A stretch of DNA of 64,000 nt from an uncultured Brevinematales bacterium (lineage in GTDB: Bacteria; Spirochaetota; Brevinematia; Brevinematales; JAOACQ01), in the NCBI GenBank assembly GCA_964533855.1, contig CAZHNM010000005.1:74898-138897 (forward strand), written 5' to 3'. The first letter of the stretch is position 1. Every line of letters begins with the position of its first letter. Positions 18,037 through 27,513 of the stretch are shown here, piece by piece. Below the pieces are notes generated by a model that worked only from the letters and a program-made list of their open reading frames with translations, had not been told where the DNA came from and did not search any database. The position numbers and the translations under genes are program-made.

Positions 18037-19259
18037 CTGAGATAATTTGCGTTGATCTTAACATAATCACAGGTCAGATCGCTTGTCCAAAGGAAATACT
18101 CCTTTTTACCGGCGGCTAAGTCCAGAGTTATACTGATTTCAGGGGAAAGCAGTTCTCCAGCGGCGAGGCTTTCGTTTGCCTTGTTGACGTCGCCTTTCTC
18201 ATAAATAACAAGGTCATTTATTCTAAGCGTCAGTTGGGAAAGATCGAATTTCGCATCTGAATAGCCCAGGGCTGCAAGTATCCTGCCCCAGTTCGGATTC
18301 TGTCCGAAAATAGCTGTCTTAACCAGGAAAGAATCCCCTATCGCTCTTGCGGCCTTTTCGGCATCGGAAACCGTTGCCGCACTATTAATTGTAATATTTA
18401 TGAATTTGCTGGCTCCTTCGCCGTCTTTTACTATCATCCTTGCTAATGACTGGCATACTTTTGTCAGGGCTTCCCTGAAAATTTTAAAATTATCACCGTC
18501 AGCATCGATTAAATGATTTTCAGCAATCCCGTTTGCCATAAGGAAAACGCTGTCATTTGTACTCGTATCGTTATCGACGCTGATACGGTTAAAGGAAATA
18601 TCAACTGCATCTTTTAAGGCCAGCTTGAGCATATCCCCGGAAATCAGGGCATCTGTCGTTAAAAATACGAGCATTGTGGCATGAGGGGCTTCCAGAACGG
18701 GTTTAATCATACCTGCGCCCTTTGCTGTACCGCCGATCCTCACGGTCTTTCCATCTAATTCAAATTCATAAGCTGCATTTTTCATCTTTTTATCTGTGGT
18801 CATGATAGCATTTGAAAAATTTTTATAATTGTTTTCCGTTTTAATAAGAGTACAGATTTTATCAATACCGTAATTAACCCTGTTCATAATTAACTTTCTT
18901 CCGATAACACCTGTCGAGGCTACCATGACCGAGCCTTTTTCAAATGAGAGCAGCTCTTCAACCCTGTCTGCCATTGTCAGGGCATCATTATCGCCGGTGG
19001 TCCCTGTCAGGCAATTCGCATTACCGCTGTTTGCAATAATAGCTGAAATAAGATTATCCGAACGCGAGATGTCGAGTGCTACAGGAGCGGCTTTAACCTT
19101 GTTCTTTGTAAAAAGACAGGCCGTAGTGCAGGGTTTCCTGGAAACAAGCAAACCTATGTCCTTGTATCCGCCGTCCTTGAGGCCGCCGGAAACCCCCGTT
19201 GCCCTGAAACCCATCGGTTCCGTTATACCGCCCTCGAGCTCTTTTAATTTTAGTTCCAT
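18033..19259 (-). CDS. argJ: bifunctional glutamate N-acetyltransferase / amino-acid acetyltransferase ArgJ
   Basis: The autoproteolysis and active-site context HATMLVFLTTDA is present, together with GMIKP, TSTNDS and the ArgJ C-terminus CDLTCDYVKINANY. Confidence 0.9.
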   Translation of the reverse strand: MELKLKELEGGITEPMGFRATGVSGGLKDGGYKDIGLLVSRKPCTTACLFTKNKVKAAPVALDISRSDNLISAIIANSGNANCLTGTTGDNDALTMADRVEELLSFEKGSVMVASTGVIGRKLIMNRVNYGIDKICTLIKTENNYKNFSNAIMTTDKKMKNAAYEFELDGKTVRIGGTAKGAGMIKPVLEAPHATMLVFLTTDALISGDMLKLALKDAVDISFNRISVDNDTSTNDSVFLMANGIAENHLIDADGDNFKIFREALTKVCQSLARMIVKDGEGASKFINITINSAATVSDAEKAARAIGDSFLVKTAIFGQNPNWGRILAALGYSDAKFDLSQLTLRINDLVIYEKGDVNKANESLAAGELLSPEISITLDLAAGKKEYFLWTSDLTCDYVKINANYLS

Positions 19260-19273
19260 AACAATACCCCGAT

Positions 19274-20335
19274 TTAATTTTCTTCGGCAGCGGCAGGGGG
19301 TTCTTTTCCGTAAGATATGACATCGGTGCCTTCCGCAAGCTTTTTCCTGACGAGTTCCTCAACCTTTTTCAGGAGAGGCGGTTTATCTTCTATCTCCTTA
19401 ATAAGATTGTCCCTTCCCTGGGATATCCTATCCTCGCCGAGAAAGTACCAGGTTCCCTTGCGCAGGATAACACCGCTCGATACCGCGGCGTCGATAAGGC
19501 AGCCTATTTTTGAGATTCCCTTTCCGAAAATAATATCGAATTCCGCCTGTTTGAAAGGCGCCGACATTTTATTTTTAACAACTTTCGCTCTAACCTTGTT
19601 GCCGTAATTTTCTTCCCCCTTCTTAAGGGCTTCGATCTTGCGTATCTCGATACGGATAGATGAATAGAATTTGAGGGCCATCCCGCCTGTAGTCGTTTCG
19701 GGGTTCCCGTAAACGACGCCTATTTTCATACGGATCTGATTGATAAAAATCAGCGCGGTTTTCGATTTGCTTATTATAGCCGTCAGTTTGCGGAGAGCCT
19801 GCGACATCAACCTTGCCTGAAGGCCCATCTGGGCGTCTCCCATATTTCCGTCAATTTCAGCTTTGGGAACGAGGGCGGCCACAGAGTCGACAACAATAAG
19901 ATCGACGGCTCCGCTGCGGATAAGGCTTTCGACGATTTCGAGAGCCTGCTCTCCTGTGTCAGGCTGTGATATGAGAAGATTTTTTATATCTATTCCGATC
20001 TTTTCAGCATAAAGCGGATCCAATGCATGTTCAGCATCGATAAACGCGCATGTTCCGCCCGCTTTCTGGGATTCTGCTATGATGGAAAGCGTCAGGGTTG
20101 TTTTACCGGAAGATTCCGGGCCGTAAATTTCAGTGACCCTTCCGCAGGGTATCCCGCCGATGCCCAGCGCGAGGTCGAGTGTCAGGGCTCCCGTAGAAAT
20201 AGCCGGGTAGTCGTTATTGATAGGGCGGTCGCCCATTTTCATTATAGACCCTTTTCCGAACTGTTTTTCGATCTGGGCCATGGCGATCTGCAGGGCCTTT
20301 TCTTTTTCTTTTGCATCCATAGTAATATCAGACAT
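19274..20335 (-). CDS. recA: recombinase RecA
   Basis: The protein contains [19 protein letters not shown], Walker [19 protein letters not shown] and [11 protein letters not shown]. Confidence 0.97.
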   Translation of the reverse strand: MSDITMDAKEKEKALQIAMAQIEKQFGKGSIMKMGDRPINNDYPAISTGALTLDLALGIGGIPCGRVTEIYGPESSGKTTLTLSIIAESQKAGGTCAFIDAEHALDPLYAEKIGIDIKNLLISQPDTGEQALEIVESLIRSGAVDLIVVDSVAALVPKAEIDGNMGDAQMGLQARLMSQALRKLTAIISKSKTALIFINQIRMKIGVVYGNPETTTGGMALKFYSSIRIEIRKIEALKKGEENYGNKVRAKVVKNKMSAPFKQAEFDIIFGKGISKIGCLIDAAVSSGVILRKGTWYFLGEDRISQGRDNLIKEIEDKPPLLKKVEELVRKKLAEGTDVISYGKEPPAAAEEN

Positions 20336-20446
20336 AGCAACCTCCCCTAACGGCTAATATTATACAACAGTTTATGGAATATGAAAATAAACGGGGAGAT
20401 TCTTAATTAAAAAAACGGAATGTAACAATATAATGTTGTCGTGTTT

Positions 20447-22021
20447 TCAGAACCTGGCTATAAAATCAATTTCTCCGAAGGGACCGTTAAAATTAATAGG
20501 GAGCGAATTTATCAGGTTTCCGTTCAATCTCATAGTCACATCGCCGCTGTTTAGGCCGACTGTGGATGAAACGGACGAGTCGGACGAGGAGGTGAATGTC
20601 AGGTAATAATTGTTGAAAAAATAATATGCATAACCTGCGGTAAGGCGGATTTTAAAATTCTGGCTGACCTGGTAATCGAGGGAAATCCTGGGTTTGACCC
20701 CGATAGAAATGCCAGACAGATTCACGTCAATATTATCGTCGAAATTTGTATTCCCTATTGTAATATCGCCATCCGGATTATCGATCGACCCCAAGGATTT
20801 GAACAGTCCAATAAAAGAAAGATCGCCCCCGAAAACGAGTGAGACCCTTCCAATATAAACCTCATAGCCGCCGCCGAGGTCGGCATTAAACGCGAAAGGA
20901 TTGCTTATCATGGCGCCGACTTTGAAATCGAGAAGGCCGGCATAACCTGCTTCATATTCTCCATGCAGGCCTATATTGAAAACATATGAAGAATCACTGA
21001 AAAAGCCCGAATTTTTAAAAGATACATCAGGATTGTCGAACTGGATCGAAAAACCGCTGCCCTGGACAGACATCGGGACAAGGCCGGCGAAAAGTGATAC
21101 CCTTCCCCCGATCAGGGGGGCTTCGACAAGCTGATCTCCTGCCTCGGGCGAACCAGAAATAATAACAGCCGATGACCACTGTTCACCGATATTGTTAACC
21201 CGGATAAGTCCCGTGTTAACATTTTCCTTAAACCTGTCAAGAATATTCGTTTCCTTCCGGATCATGAATTCGTAACCCGGGCTGACTCCGATGTCATTGC
21301 CGAGCTGAAGGTATACAAGGCCGACTTCCGTTTTAAGAACCGTTGTTTTAATTTTAAACCGGTCAATGTTCCTGAGGTGGATCTCAAGGCCCATTAGAGC
21401 CTGGTTTACTGCCTTATTATACGCGTCGTCTTCGCCCGCCTGGGATTTGGCTTCTGTACTTGTGTTGAAAGTATCTACCAGATCGCCTTCAGCGGAGATG
21501 ATTTTTATCGATACCGTTATATTTGCCTTATATTCCGTCACAAAGCTGAATAAAACCTTCCAGTCAGGTTTCTGCGAAACATTTACAAGGTAATGGGTTA
21601 CGTTATAACCGCTTATAGAAGGTATGAAAACAAAAAATGAATTTGCGATTTTCTCCATGTCCGAGGCCGGAATTACGGCTATACCGAGATCAGCATCCAC
21701 ATACTTGGGGTTCTGGAGAGCGGAGATTTTTTTAGCTTCGCGGACTTTTTCTATGAATTTGTCAGCCGTATTGTTATCCAGCCTGTACTGATAGCCTACG
21801 ACCTGGAACCGTTTCATTTTATTAAAAATTCCCATCAGGCTGTCGTCAAAATACTGATAAGAGGAATCCGGGATGTCGTATGATGAATAAGAAGGAAGAA
21901 CCGCAATATCCTCCTTTTTCGAAATATCAGCCTGCGGAAAAATATAGCTTATTGTTCCGAATAAAATAATACAGATTACCGGCAAGATTTTCATGAATTT
22001 CCTCCATGACTTTCGGTTCAC
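20447..22021 (-). CDS. putative outer-membrane protein with a periplasmic N-terminal domain and a C-terminal beta-barrel-like region
   Basis: It has a signal peptide (KILPVICIILFGTISYIFPQA). The C-terminal half is rich in Gly, Ser and aromatics with alternating pattern, and it ends ...EIDFIARF. Confidence 0.5.
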   Translation of the reverse strand: MNRKSWRKFMKILPVICIILFGTISYIFPQADISKKEDIAVLPSYSSYDIPDSSYQYFDDSLMGIFNKMKRFQVVGYQYRLDNNTADKFIEKVREAKKISALQNPKYVDADLGIAVIPASDMEKIANSFFVFIPSISGYNVTHYLVNVSQKPDWKVLFSFVTEYKANITVSIKIISAEGDLVDTFNTSTEAKSQAGEDDAYNKAVNQALMGLEIHLRNIDRFKIKTTVLKTEVGLVYLQLGNDIGVSPGYEFMIRKETNILDRFKENVNTGLIRVNNIGEQWSSAVIISGSPEAGDQLVEAPLIGGRVSLFAGLVPMSVQGSGFSIQFDNPDVSFKNSGFFSDSSYVFNIGLHGEYEAGYAGLLDFKVGAMISNPFAFNADLGGGYEVYIGRVSLVFGGDLSFIGLFKSLGSIDNPDGDITIGNTNFDDNIDVNLSGISIGVKPRISLDYQVSQNFKIRLTAGYAYYFFNNYYLTFTSSSDSSVSSTVGLNSGDVTMRLNGNLINSLPINFNGPFGEIDFIARF

Positions 22022-22225
22022 TTTTCAGTCATGTTGATTATTATCCCGATTTGTTATAAAATTAACCGTCTAATTGTTTTCTTCCAGTAGTATACCATGA
22101 TAAATGCAAAAAAAGAAGTTGACGTCCCAAATTTAGAGTTTATTTTATAAACAAGAAAACTTTCAATTCATTGGAGAATTGACCATTGTTGAAAAATGTA
22201 TTAGAATATTTCCCACCCTTAATAT

Positions 22226-22300
22226 GGGCGCTTAGCTCAGCTGGTTCAGAGCATCTGCCTTACAAGCAGAGGGTCACAGGTTCGATCCCTGTAGCGCCCA
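22226..22300 (+). tRNA. tRNA-Val (anticodon TAC)
   Basis: A manual cloverleaf fits. The acceptor stem is GGGCGCT/AGCGCCC and the D arm is GCTC/GAGC. The anticodon stem TCTGC/GCAGA carries loop CTTACAA. The T arm is ACAGG-TTCGATC-CCTGT and the discriminator is A. Confidence 0.9.
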
Positions 22301-22344
22301 ATTTTATAATGCCCTCCGGACGCATTATTAATAAGAATGTGATC

Positions 22345-23841
22345 ATGAAACCAATCCTAATCCTGTCTTTGCTTTTCATACTTTCTGCTTTTATTTTGTC
22401 ATCCTGCGCTTCCGGGCCTTCCGGTATAAGACATGAAACCGTAACAGGCGGTTATACGGCCGGTAAAACAAATATTTCCGGAATTGAAACCAGGCTGTAT
22501 GATTATTACAGGGTTTTCAGGGAAGGACGTAATAAAGTTGCAAAAGATTGCCCTCCGAGATTTTTATCCGCCCTTTCGAATGAATTTATAACAAGCATTA
22601 TGACAGGCGGCAGTGCCTTTTCAAATGCCCTTATAGATTATTCTGCCCTGACCAATGATCCTGATGATCTCTCGGGTTTTCTTTACCAGCGGATCGGAGT
22701 CGTATTATACAAGCTTGGCGATTATGAAGAATCATACAGGTTTATCAATACTGCTATATACGAAGGATCAAAGAATCCCGAATTGTATTATTATAAAGCC
22801 CTTCTGCTTTACTACTATAAAAAAGATTTTTCCGGGGCTGAGATTTATCTCACCAGGCTCGATAATCCGGGCCAGTTTCTGAACAGGCAGGAAATACTGT
22901 TCCTCAAGGCATGCCTGAAATGTGAAACCGGCGATTATGCGGCCGCTTTGCCGATTTTCATGACGGCAAAGGATCTTGACCCTGCGAGATTTTATACCGA
23001 ATATGATATCCTGCCTTATTTTATCAGGAGCGGCATTACAGGAGATCTCGACATTTATATAAATGATTCGTATAAATATCTTACATCTCTTTCAAACAGC
23101 CTTTATCGTGTAAAAGCCTACAGGCAGCTTATCACTTATAACAGGCTGCAGAACAGGGAAACCCTCTATATTCCGTTCGACCTGCCAGGCAATTACGATT
23201 ATATAACAAACCTTGTTTATTTTTTCCCAAGCAGCTACCCGGTAATAGAAAAAAGAAAGAGTATGAATATTATAAGCCCTCTCCAGGAGAAAAGGCTCAG
23301 CGTCCGTGATTTGATATACTCACCTGTTTATGAGGAATATTTCGATTCGGGGACTGAAAACTATTTATTTTTGCAGGAAGGAATAGTAAAGCTTACTAAT
23401 TTAAGGCTGCAGCCGGTATCATTTTTCAATCCGATGGCAAAAATCCTGACCGTCAGCAATGTCATGCTCCTGCTTTCGCCTACCAACAGGTTTGAATTGA
23501 CAACAAATTTTGACCGGCATGATACTAACCAGATTTATGTCGTCAGCAACGTCGACAATGTTATATTCAGGACAAACTGCAATTTCGATTATTATTTTAT
23601 GACGGGGTTATTCGCAATGGATGGAGGCGCTAACTGGGATGTCGTAACATTAGGGATTACGACAAACAACCGGGTGGTTGCCGATATATTCTATCCGCTG
23701 CAGAAAAAAATGGCATCTTACAGTTTCAGCCTGAAAAGGCATGACAGCACCTTTGTCATCCAGGACATCCGGGGCGACAGCAATCCCGAAGTCATCCTTC
23801 TCGATGACGATGTTTATATACTCAACAAGACGAATAAATAA
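22345..23841 (+). CDS. putative lipoprotein with TPR-like repeats
   Basis: I chose the start at 22345 (MKPILILSLLFILSAFILSSCASG, a lipobox) because the longer ORF-track start at 22186 runs through tRNA-Val. TPR-like segments follow (e.g. YKLGDYEESYRFINTAIYEG). Confidence 0.55.
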   Translation: MKPILILSLLFILSAFILSSCASGPSGIRHETVTGGYTAGKTNISGIETRLYDYYRVFREGRNKVAKDCPPRFLSALSNEFITSIMTGGSAFSNALIDYSALTNDPDDLSGFLYQRIGVVLYKLGDYEESYRFINTAIYEGSKNPELYYYKALLLYYYKKDFSGAEIYLTRLDNPGQFLNRQEILFLKACLKCETGDYAAALPIFMTAKDLDPARFYTEYDILPYFIRSGITGDLDIYINDSYKYLTSLSNSLYRVKAYRQLITYNRLQNRETLYIPFDLPGNYDYITNLVYFFPSSYPVIEKRKSMNIISPLQEKRLSVRDLIYSPVYEEYFDSGTENYLFLQEGIVKLTNLRLQPVSFFNPMAKILTVSNVMLLLSPTNRFELTTNFDRHDTNQIYVVSNVDNVIFRTNCNFDYYFMTGLFAMDGGANWDVVTLGITTNNRVVADIFYPLQKKMASYSFSLKRHDSTFVIQDIRGDSNPEVILLDDDVYILNKTNK

Positions 23842-23866
23842 CTCACTTCATACAGATCGGTGCGGC

Positions 23867-24841
23867 CTACATGAGATTAAGTATCATGCTGTCCCTGCCC
23901 TGGGGGGTTTCCTTTATCTTCTCGACAGCCTTGAGGGCGTCGTCCTTGCTGGAAAACTTCCCGACTCTCACCCTGTAGTAAATGATCCCGTTAACATTGG
24001 CCTCGACCAGATAGGATTCCAGACCGGCTTTTCTCAGGCCGTCTTCAACTTCCCTTGCCTTTTCCATGCTCGTATGGGCAGAAACCTGTATTGTGTATTT
24101 TCCATCTGAAACCGTGTTTTTAGCTGTTTTATCCGTTCTGTCCGATTTTTCAATTTTATCTAGTTTTTCGGTCTTCTGCTTCTTCTCGGAATTCCTGTTT
24201 TTCTCGGAGGGTTTTTCGGAGCTTATTCTGATTTTAGAATTTTTTTCCGACTTTATCCTGTTTTCCGGCTTTACCGGCGGAACTGTGAGCTTATCCGGCG
24301 TTGCGGAGTCTTCCCTGGTTATATTGGAGCTGTTATCCATAGGCAGAACAGCTTTCAGATCCTTATCGCTCTGGTTTCCGCTCTTATTATTGTCATCCTG
24401 CGGCAGGGTTTGAGGAAGATTGTTAAAAGCGTAATTGTTTTCCATCTTTTTTTGGTCGACTGTATCTTCTATCCGCTGCAGGTCCTGCTTATTTCCGAAA
24501 GCTATGTCCTTGAGGGTTGTTTTGCCAAGCCAGTAGCCGACGAGGAAAATAAATACGCCGAAAAAGACAAAAATAGCTCCCGCCCAGACAATCCTTTCAT
24601 CACTCACATTTATATATGATTTTTTCTGCGGCATCCTTTCTATGTATCTTTCCTGGTATTTTTCCTCTCTGTTCCCGGATTCGCCTCCAGCCCTGTGGAT
24701 AGTGCCGCTGGAATGTTTATAATCATTTAATCTCGACCTACCGGCATAATGATATCCCTCGTCGCTGATTTCTTCAGCGTTTACGCGTCCTTCCCTGCCG
24801 TTAGAATCGGGGAAAAGGTCCATTATTTCAGGTTCGCCCAT
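23867..24841 (-). CDS. SPOR-domain (peptidoglycan-binding) membrane protein
   Basis: A central TM helix (VWAGAIFVFFGVFIFLVGYWL) is followed by a low-complexity Lys/Glu/Ser-rich linker. The C-terminus is a SPOR-like domain (YTIQVSAHTSMEKAREVEDGLRKAGLESYLVEANVNGIIYYRVRVGKFSSKDDALKAVEKIK). Confidence 0.75.
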   Translation of the reverse strand: MGEPEIMDLFPDSNGREGRVNAEEISDEGYHYAGRSRLNDYKHSSGTIHRAGGESGNREEKYQERYIERMPQKKSYINVSDERIVWAGAIFVFFGVFIFLVGYWLGKTTLKDIAFGNKQDLQRIEDTVDQKKMENNYAFNNLPQTLPQDDNNKSGNQSDKDLKAVLPMDNSSNITREDSATPDKLTVPPVKPENRIKSEKNSKIRISSEKPSEKNRNSEKKQKTEKLDKIEKSDRTDKTAKNTVSDGKYTIQVSAHTSMEKAREVEDGLRKAGLESYLVEANVNGIIYYRVRVGKFSSKDDALKAVEKIKETPQGRDSMILNLM

Positions 24842-24936
24842 ATTTTCCTCCTGAGGCTAGTTATGCTGCCTATTTTAAATTTCGGAATAATAAGGAAAAT
24901 ATTAAGGCATCCGGCGATCTTTATTTGGCTTTACAA

Positions 24937-25653
24937 CTATACTTTGACCCTGTTTTTTACAATAGCTTTCGGAGAAATCCCGAGTTTGCCGCTGTATTCT
25001 ACGAGGTCCACCCGGCAGTTGTCACCGATGAGTATATTATTGCCACGGATAGTTTTTACTTCTGTGTATTCGACCATAATATTATTTCCTTCTATCAGGT
25101 CGGCTTCCAGCCTGTCAATTTTTCCGAAAAATGAAAATATGAAGGAGAGCATATAATGCGAATGCCTGATCCTTATTTCCTCGCCTCCTATTTCATTAGC
25201 GAAACTGTGCCATCCGAAAATAACGTCGACGTCATTTGCGTTAAGCAGGCCCTTGATTTTAAACTCCCCCCTGGATCTGAATACTTCGGCTTCGATCCCG
25301 GCTCCGGAATTGAGCAGTCCTGAACATCTGATGTAACGGGATTTTACGCCATCTTTAACAGTCATGCTTCCGCTTACACGGATTTCATCCGCATTAAGCG
25401 ACCCTTCGATCATAAGAGAGCCTGAATTACTGATCGATTTGCATTCCACACTGCCTGAAACGGTACCCATGCCGCTGACGGAAATTCTTTCGGCAATGGT
25501 TTTACCGTTAATTTTACCCATTCCGGAAATTTGAACAGTCTGGGCCTCGATATCGCCGTCGATTTCACCCTTGCCGGATATTTTTACATCCCTGAATTTA
25601 CCGCCCCCCATTCTACCGACTCCGGAGATCTTCAAATCTGAAAGATTATCCAT
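24937..25653 (-). CDS. bactofilin-like polymer-forming cytoskeletal protein
   Basis: Repetitive beta-helix-type segments are present (KISGKGEIDGDIEAQTVQISGMGKINGKTIAERISVSGMGTVSGSVECKSISNSGSLMIEGSLNADEIRVSGSM). This resembles the Bacillus YhbE/YhbF class. Confidence 0.7.
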   Translation of the reverse strand: MDNLSDLKISGVGRMGGGKFRDVKISGKGEIDGDIEAQTVQISGMGKINGKTIAERISVSGMGTVSGSVECKSISNSGSLMIEGSLNADEIRVSGSMTVKDGVKSRYIRCSGLLNSGAGIEAEVFRSRGEFKIKGLLNANDVDVIFGWHSFANEIGGEEIRIRHSHYMLSFIFSFFGKIDRLEADLIEGNNIMVEYTEVKTIRGNNILIGDNCRVDLVEYSGKLGISPKAIVKNRVKV

Positions 25654-25688
25654 AATTCCTCCTATGTGCCAGATGGCCCTATTTTATA

Positions 25689-26321
25689 TTATTTTCCTGT
25701 TATCAGCAGATTCAATTCCTTCGATATTTCATCTAAGTCGTATGAGGATATTTCACGGGTCCCGTTATCGTTATAAATCCTTGAATCCTGCTTTGAAAGC
25801 AGAAAAAACCTTACAGTGTTCTTCTCACATACCATGAGCCTGAAAGATGTGTTTTTCAGGACATCCATCCATGAGTGCATGGACCGGGCAAGTTCTTCGA
25901 TATTATCCGTATTTATGCCGGGTTCTTTAATTAATTTTCCTGCGATATCAATAAAGATGAGTTCTATGAATTTGAAATGATTTTTCCCTCCGGGAACTTT
26001 TTCAAAAATATCGAGTATTTCACTATCGAACATGCCTAAAGGATTTAGATCATCCCTGTCGAATGATCTGTTAGTCAATTCCGGTGAGAGCATATCCGCT
26101 AATTCTTCAAGAGAGTATTTATCCTTGAGTTCAATTATGCCTTTTATCCTGGCAAGGATTTTTTCCCGGGGGAAAAACGTCTCCTGTCCTGTGAACGATG
26201 ACTTTTTGATAAACCATGACTCGGGGATAAGGTTTTCACGCTTCCAGCGGTATAACTGTCCGTATGAAATTCCCGTCAGAGTTAATAGTTCCTTTTTTGT
26301 GATGAAGCTGTTTTCTTCCAT
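25689..26321 (-). CDS. MerR-like HTH protein (YhbD/DUF4004-like)
   Basis: The N-terminal ITKKELLTLTGISYGQLYRWKRENLIPESWFIKKSSFTGQETFFPREKILARI matches the YhbD-type HTH as I recall it. The gene lies immediately upstream of the bactofilin gene. Confidence 0.6.
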   Translation of the reverse strand: MEENSFITKKELLTLTGISYGQLYRWKRENLIPESWFIKKSSFTGQETFFPREKILARIKGIIELKDKYSLEELADMLSPELTNRSFDRDDLNPLGMFDSEILDIFEKVPGGKNHFKFIELIFIDIAGKLIKEPGINTDNIEELARSMHSWMDVLKNTSFRLMVCEKNTVRFFLLSKQDSRIYNDNGTREISSYDLDEISKELNLLITGK

Positions 26322-26398
26322 ATTGAACTCCGTAAAACAATGTTTCGCATATAATATAACATAACATTGTTACGCAGTCAAGCGCCCACAGGAAAAAT

Positions 26399-27511
26399 TT
26401 ATTTTATCAATTCCCATAGCTCGGTGATTACCCTGTTCGAAACCTCGAATCCTCTCTCCGTCAGGCAGACATGGCCATTTTCCCTTTTTAAAAACCTTGC
26501 AAGGCTTAAAGGGATCCTGTTCACAAGGGCATCGAAACTTTCTTCCTTAATCCCGGCCGATTTCCTCAATCCTAACATTATAAATTCTCTGGCCGCAGTT
26601 TCTTTATCGATAACTTCCGAGAAATCCCTGGGAAGCCTGCCCGAAGAAATGATAAGAGGGTAATTTTTCAAAGAAGCGGTATTTGTCCAGCGGATTCCTT
26701 CGAAGTAGCCTGATGCTCCTGCGCCGAACCCGAGATACCGGCCGCCATTCCAGTAATTCATATTATGGATGCTTAAATATTTTTCCTTTAATGCAAAGTT
26801 CGATATTTCATAATGGATGTAGCCTGCTGCCCAAAGGGCATGTCTTATCATCCGGTAGTGATCCAGCGAAACGGCGTCCGAGAGCGGCCTGTATTTTCCG
26901 GAGGCTGCATCGGCAAAAAGCCTTGTTTTATCCTCGATGGAAAGCTGGTAGACCGAAATATGCGCAGGGTTAAAGTCTAGAACAGACCGGATATTTTTTA
27001 CAGCATTCTCGCCCCGTACGCAGGCAATAAGATCAATGCTGATATTGTCAAAGCCGGCTTTGCGCAATGTTTCGATGGCCAGGATATTTGAAAGGACTTC
27101 ATTGCACCTGCCGAGCAGTTTCAGGACATTGTCTTCCATAGACTGAAATCCGAGGCTGACCCTGTTTATTCCGTTTCCCTTCCAGAAGGCCGCGATTTCA
27201 GGCGTGATATCCTCGGGATTGGCTTCGATGGTGTTTTCAAGATTTAAAAGCAGGAATTCCGACTTTAATTTATCTAATAATATTTTCAGCCCTGCTTCGG
27301 GCAGGAGAGACGGAGTACCACCGCCGATGTAGACGGATTGAACAGGATCTGAAGAGCCATGCAATTTCTTGAAAAGGTCTATCTCGCTGCACAGCGCTTC
27401 GATATATAACCGGATTGAACTCTCTGACGGTTTAAATCCGCTTGTAAAACTGCAGTACGGGCATTTTCTCCGGCAGAAAGGAATATGCACATAAATGGAT
27501 AAAGGGGGCAT
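26399..27511 (-). CDS. hemW: radical SAM family heme chaperone HemW / oxygen-independent coproporphyrinogen-III oxidase-like
   Basis: YVHIPFCRRKCPYCSF carries the CxxxCxxC motif. IGGGTPS and the HemN_C-like C-terminus are present, and the length (370 aa) fits HemW. Confidence 0.85.
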   Translation of the reverse strand: MPPLSIYVHIPFCRRKCPYCSFTSGFKPSESSIRLYIEALCSEIDLFKKLHGSSDPVQSVYIGGGTPSLLPEAGLKILLDKLKSEFLLLNLENTIEANPEDITPEIAAFWKGNGINRVSLGFQSMEDNVLKLLGRCNEVLSNILAIETLRKAGFDNISIDLIACVRGENAVKNIRSVLDFNPAHISVYQLSIEDKTRLFADAASGKYRPLSDAVSLDHYRMIRHALWAAGYIHYEISNFALKEKYLSIHNMNYWNGGRYLGFGAGASGYFEGIRWTNTASLKNYPLIISSGRLPRDFSEVIDKETAAREFIMLGLRKSAGIKEESFDALVNRIPLSLARFLKRENGHVCLTERGFEVSNRVITELWELIK

Positions 27512-27513
27512 CC

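Noticed and set aside
20336-20446. A possible SOS/LexA operator upstream of recA (AACA-N6-TGTT at about 20425-20438).
   Set aside because: Only 4-bp arms are present. The sequence matches none of the LexA box consensus forms I know (CTGT-N8-ACAG, CGAACRNRYGTTCG, TTTG-N5-CAAA). Such short palindromes are expected by chance in AT-rich DNA.
22186-22344. The 551-aa ORF has an N-terminal extension beginning at 22186.
   Set aside because: The extension runs straight through tRNA-Val (22226-22300); the translated GSIPVAP segment is the tRNA T-arm. A proper lipoprotein signal peptide begins at the internal ATG at 22345.
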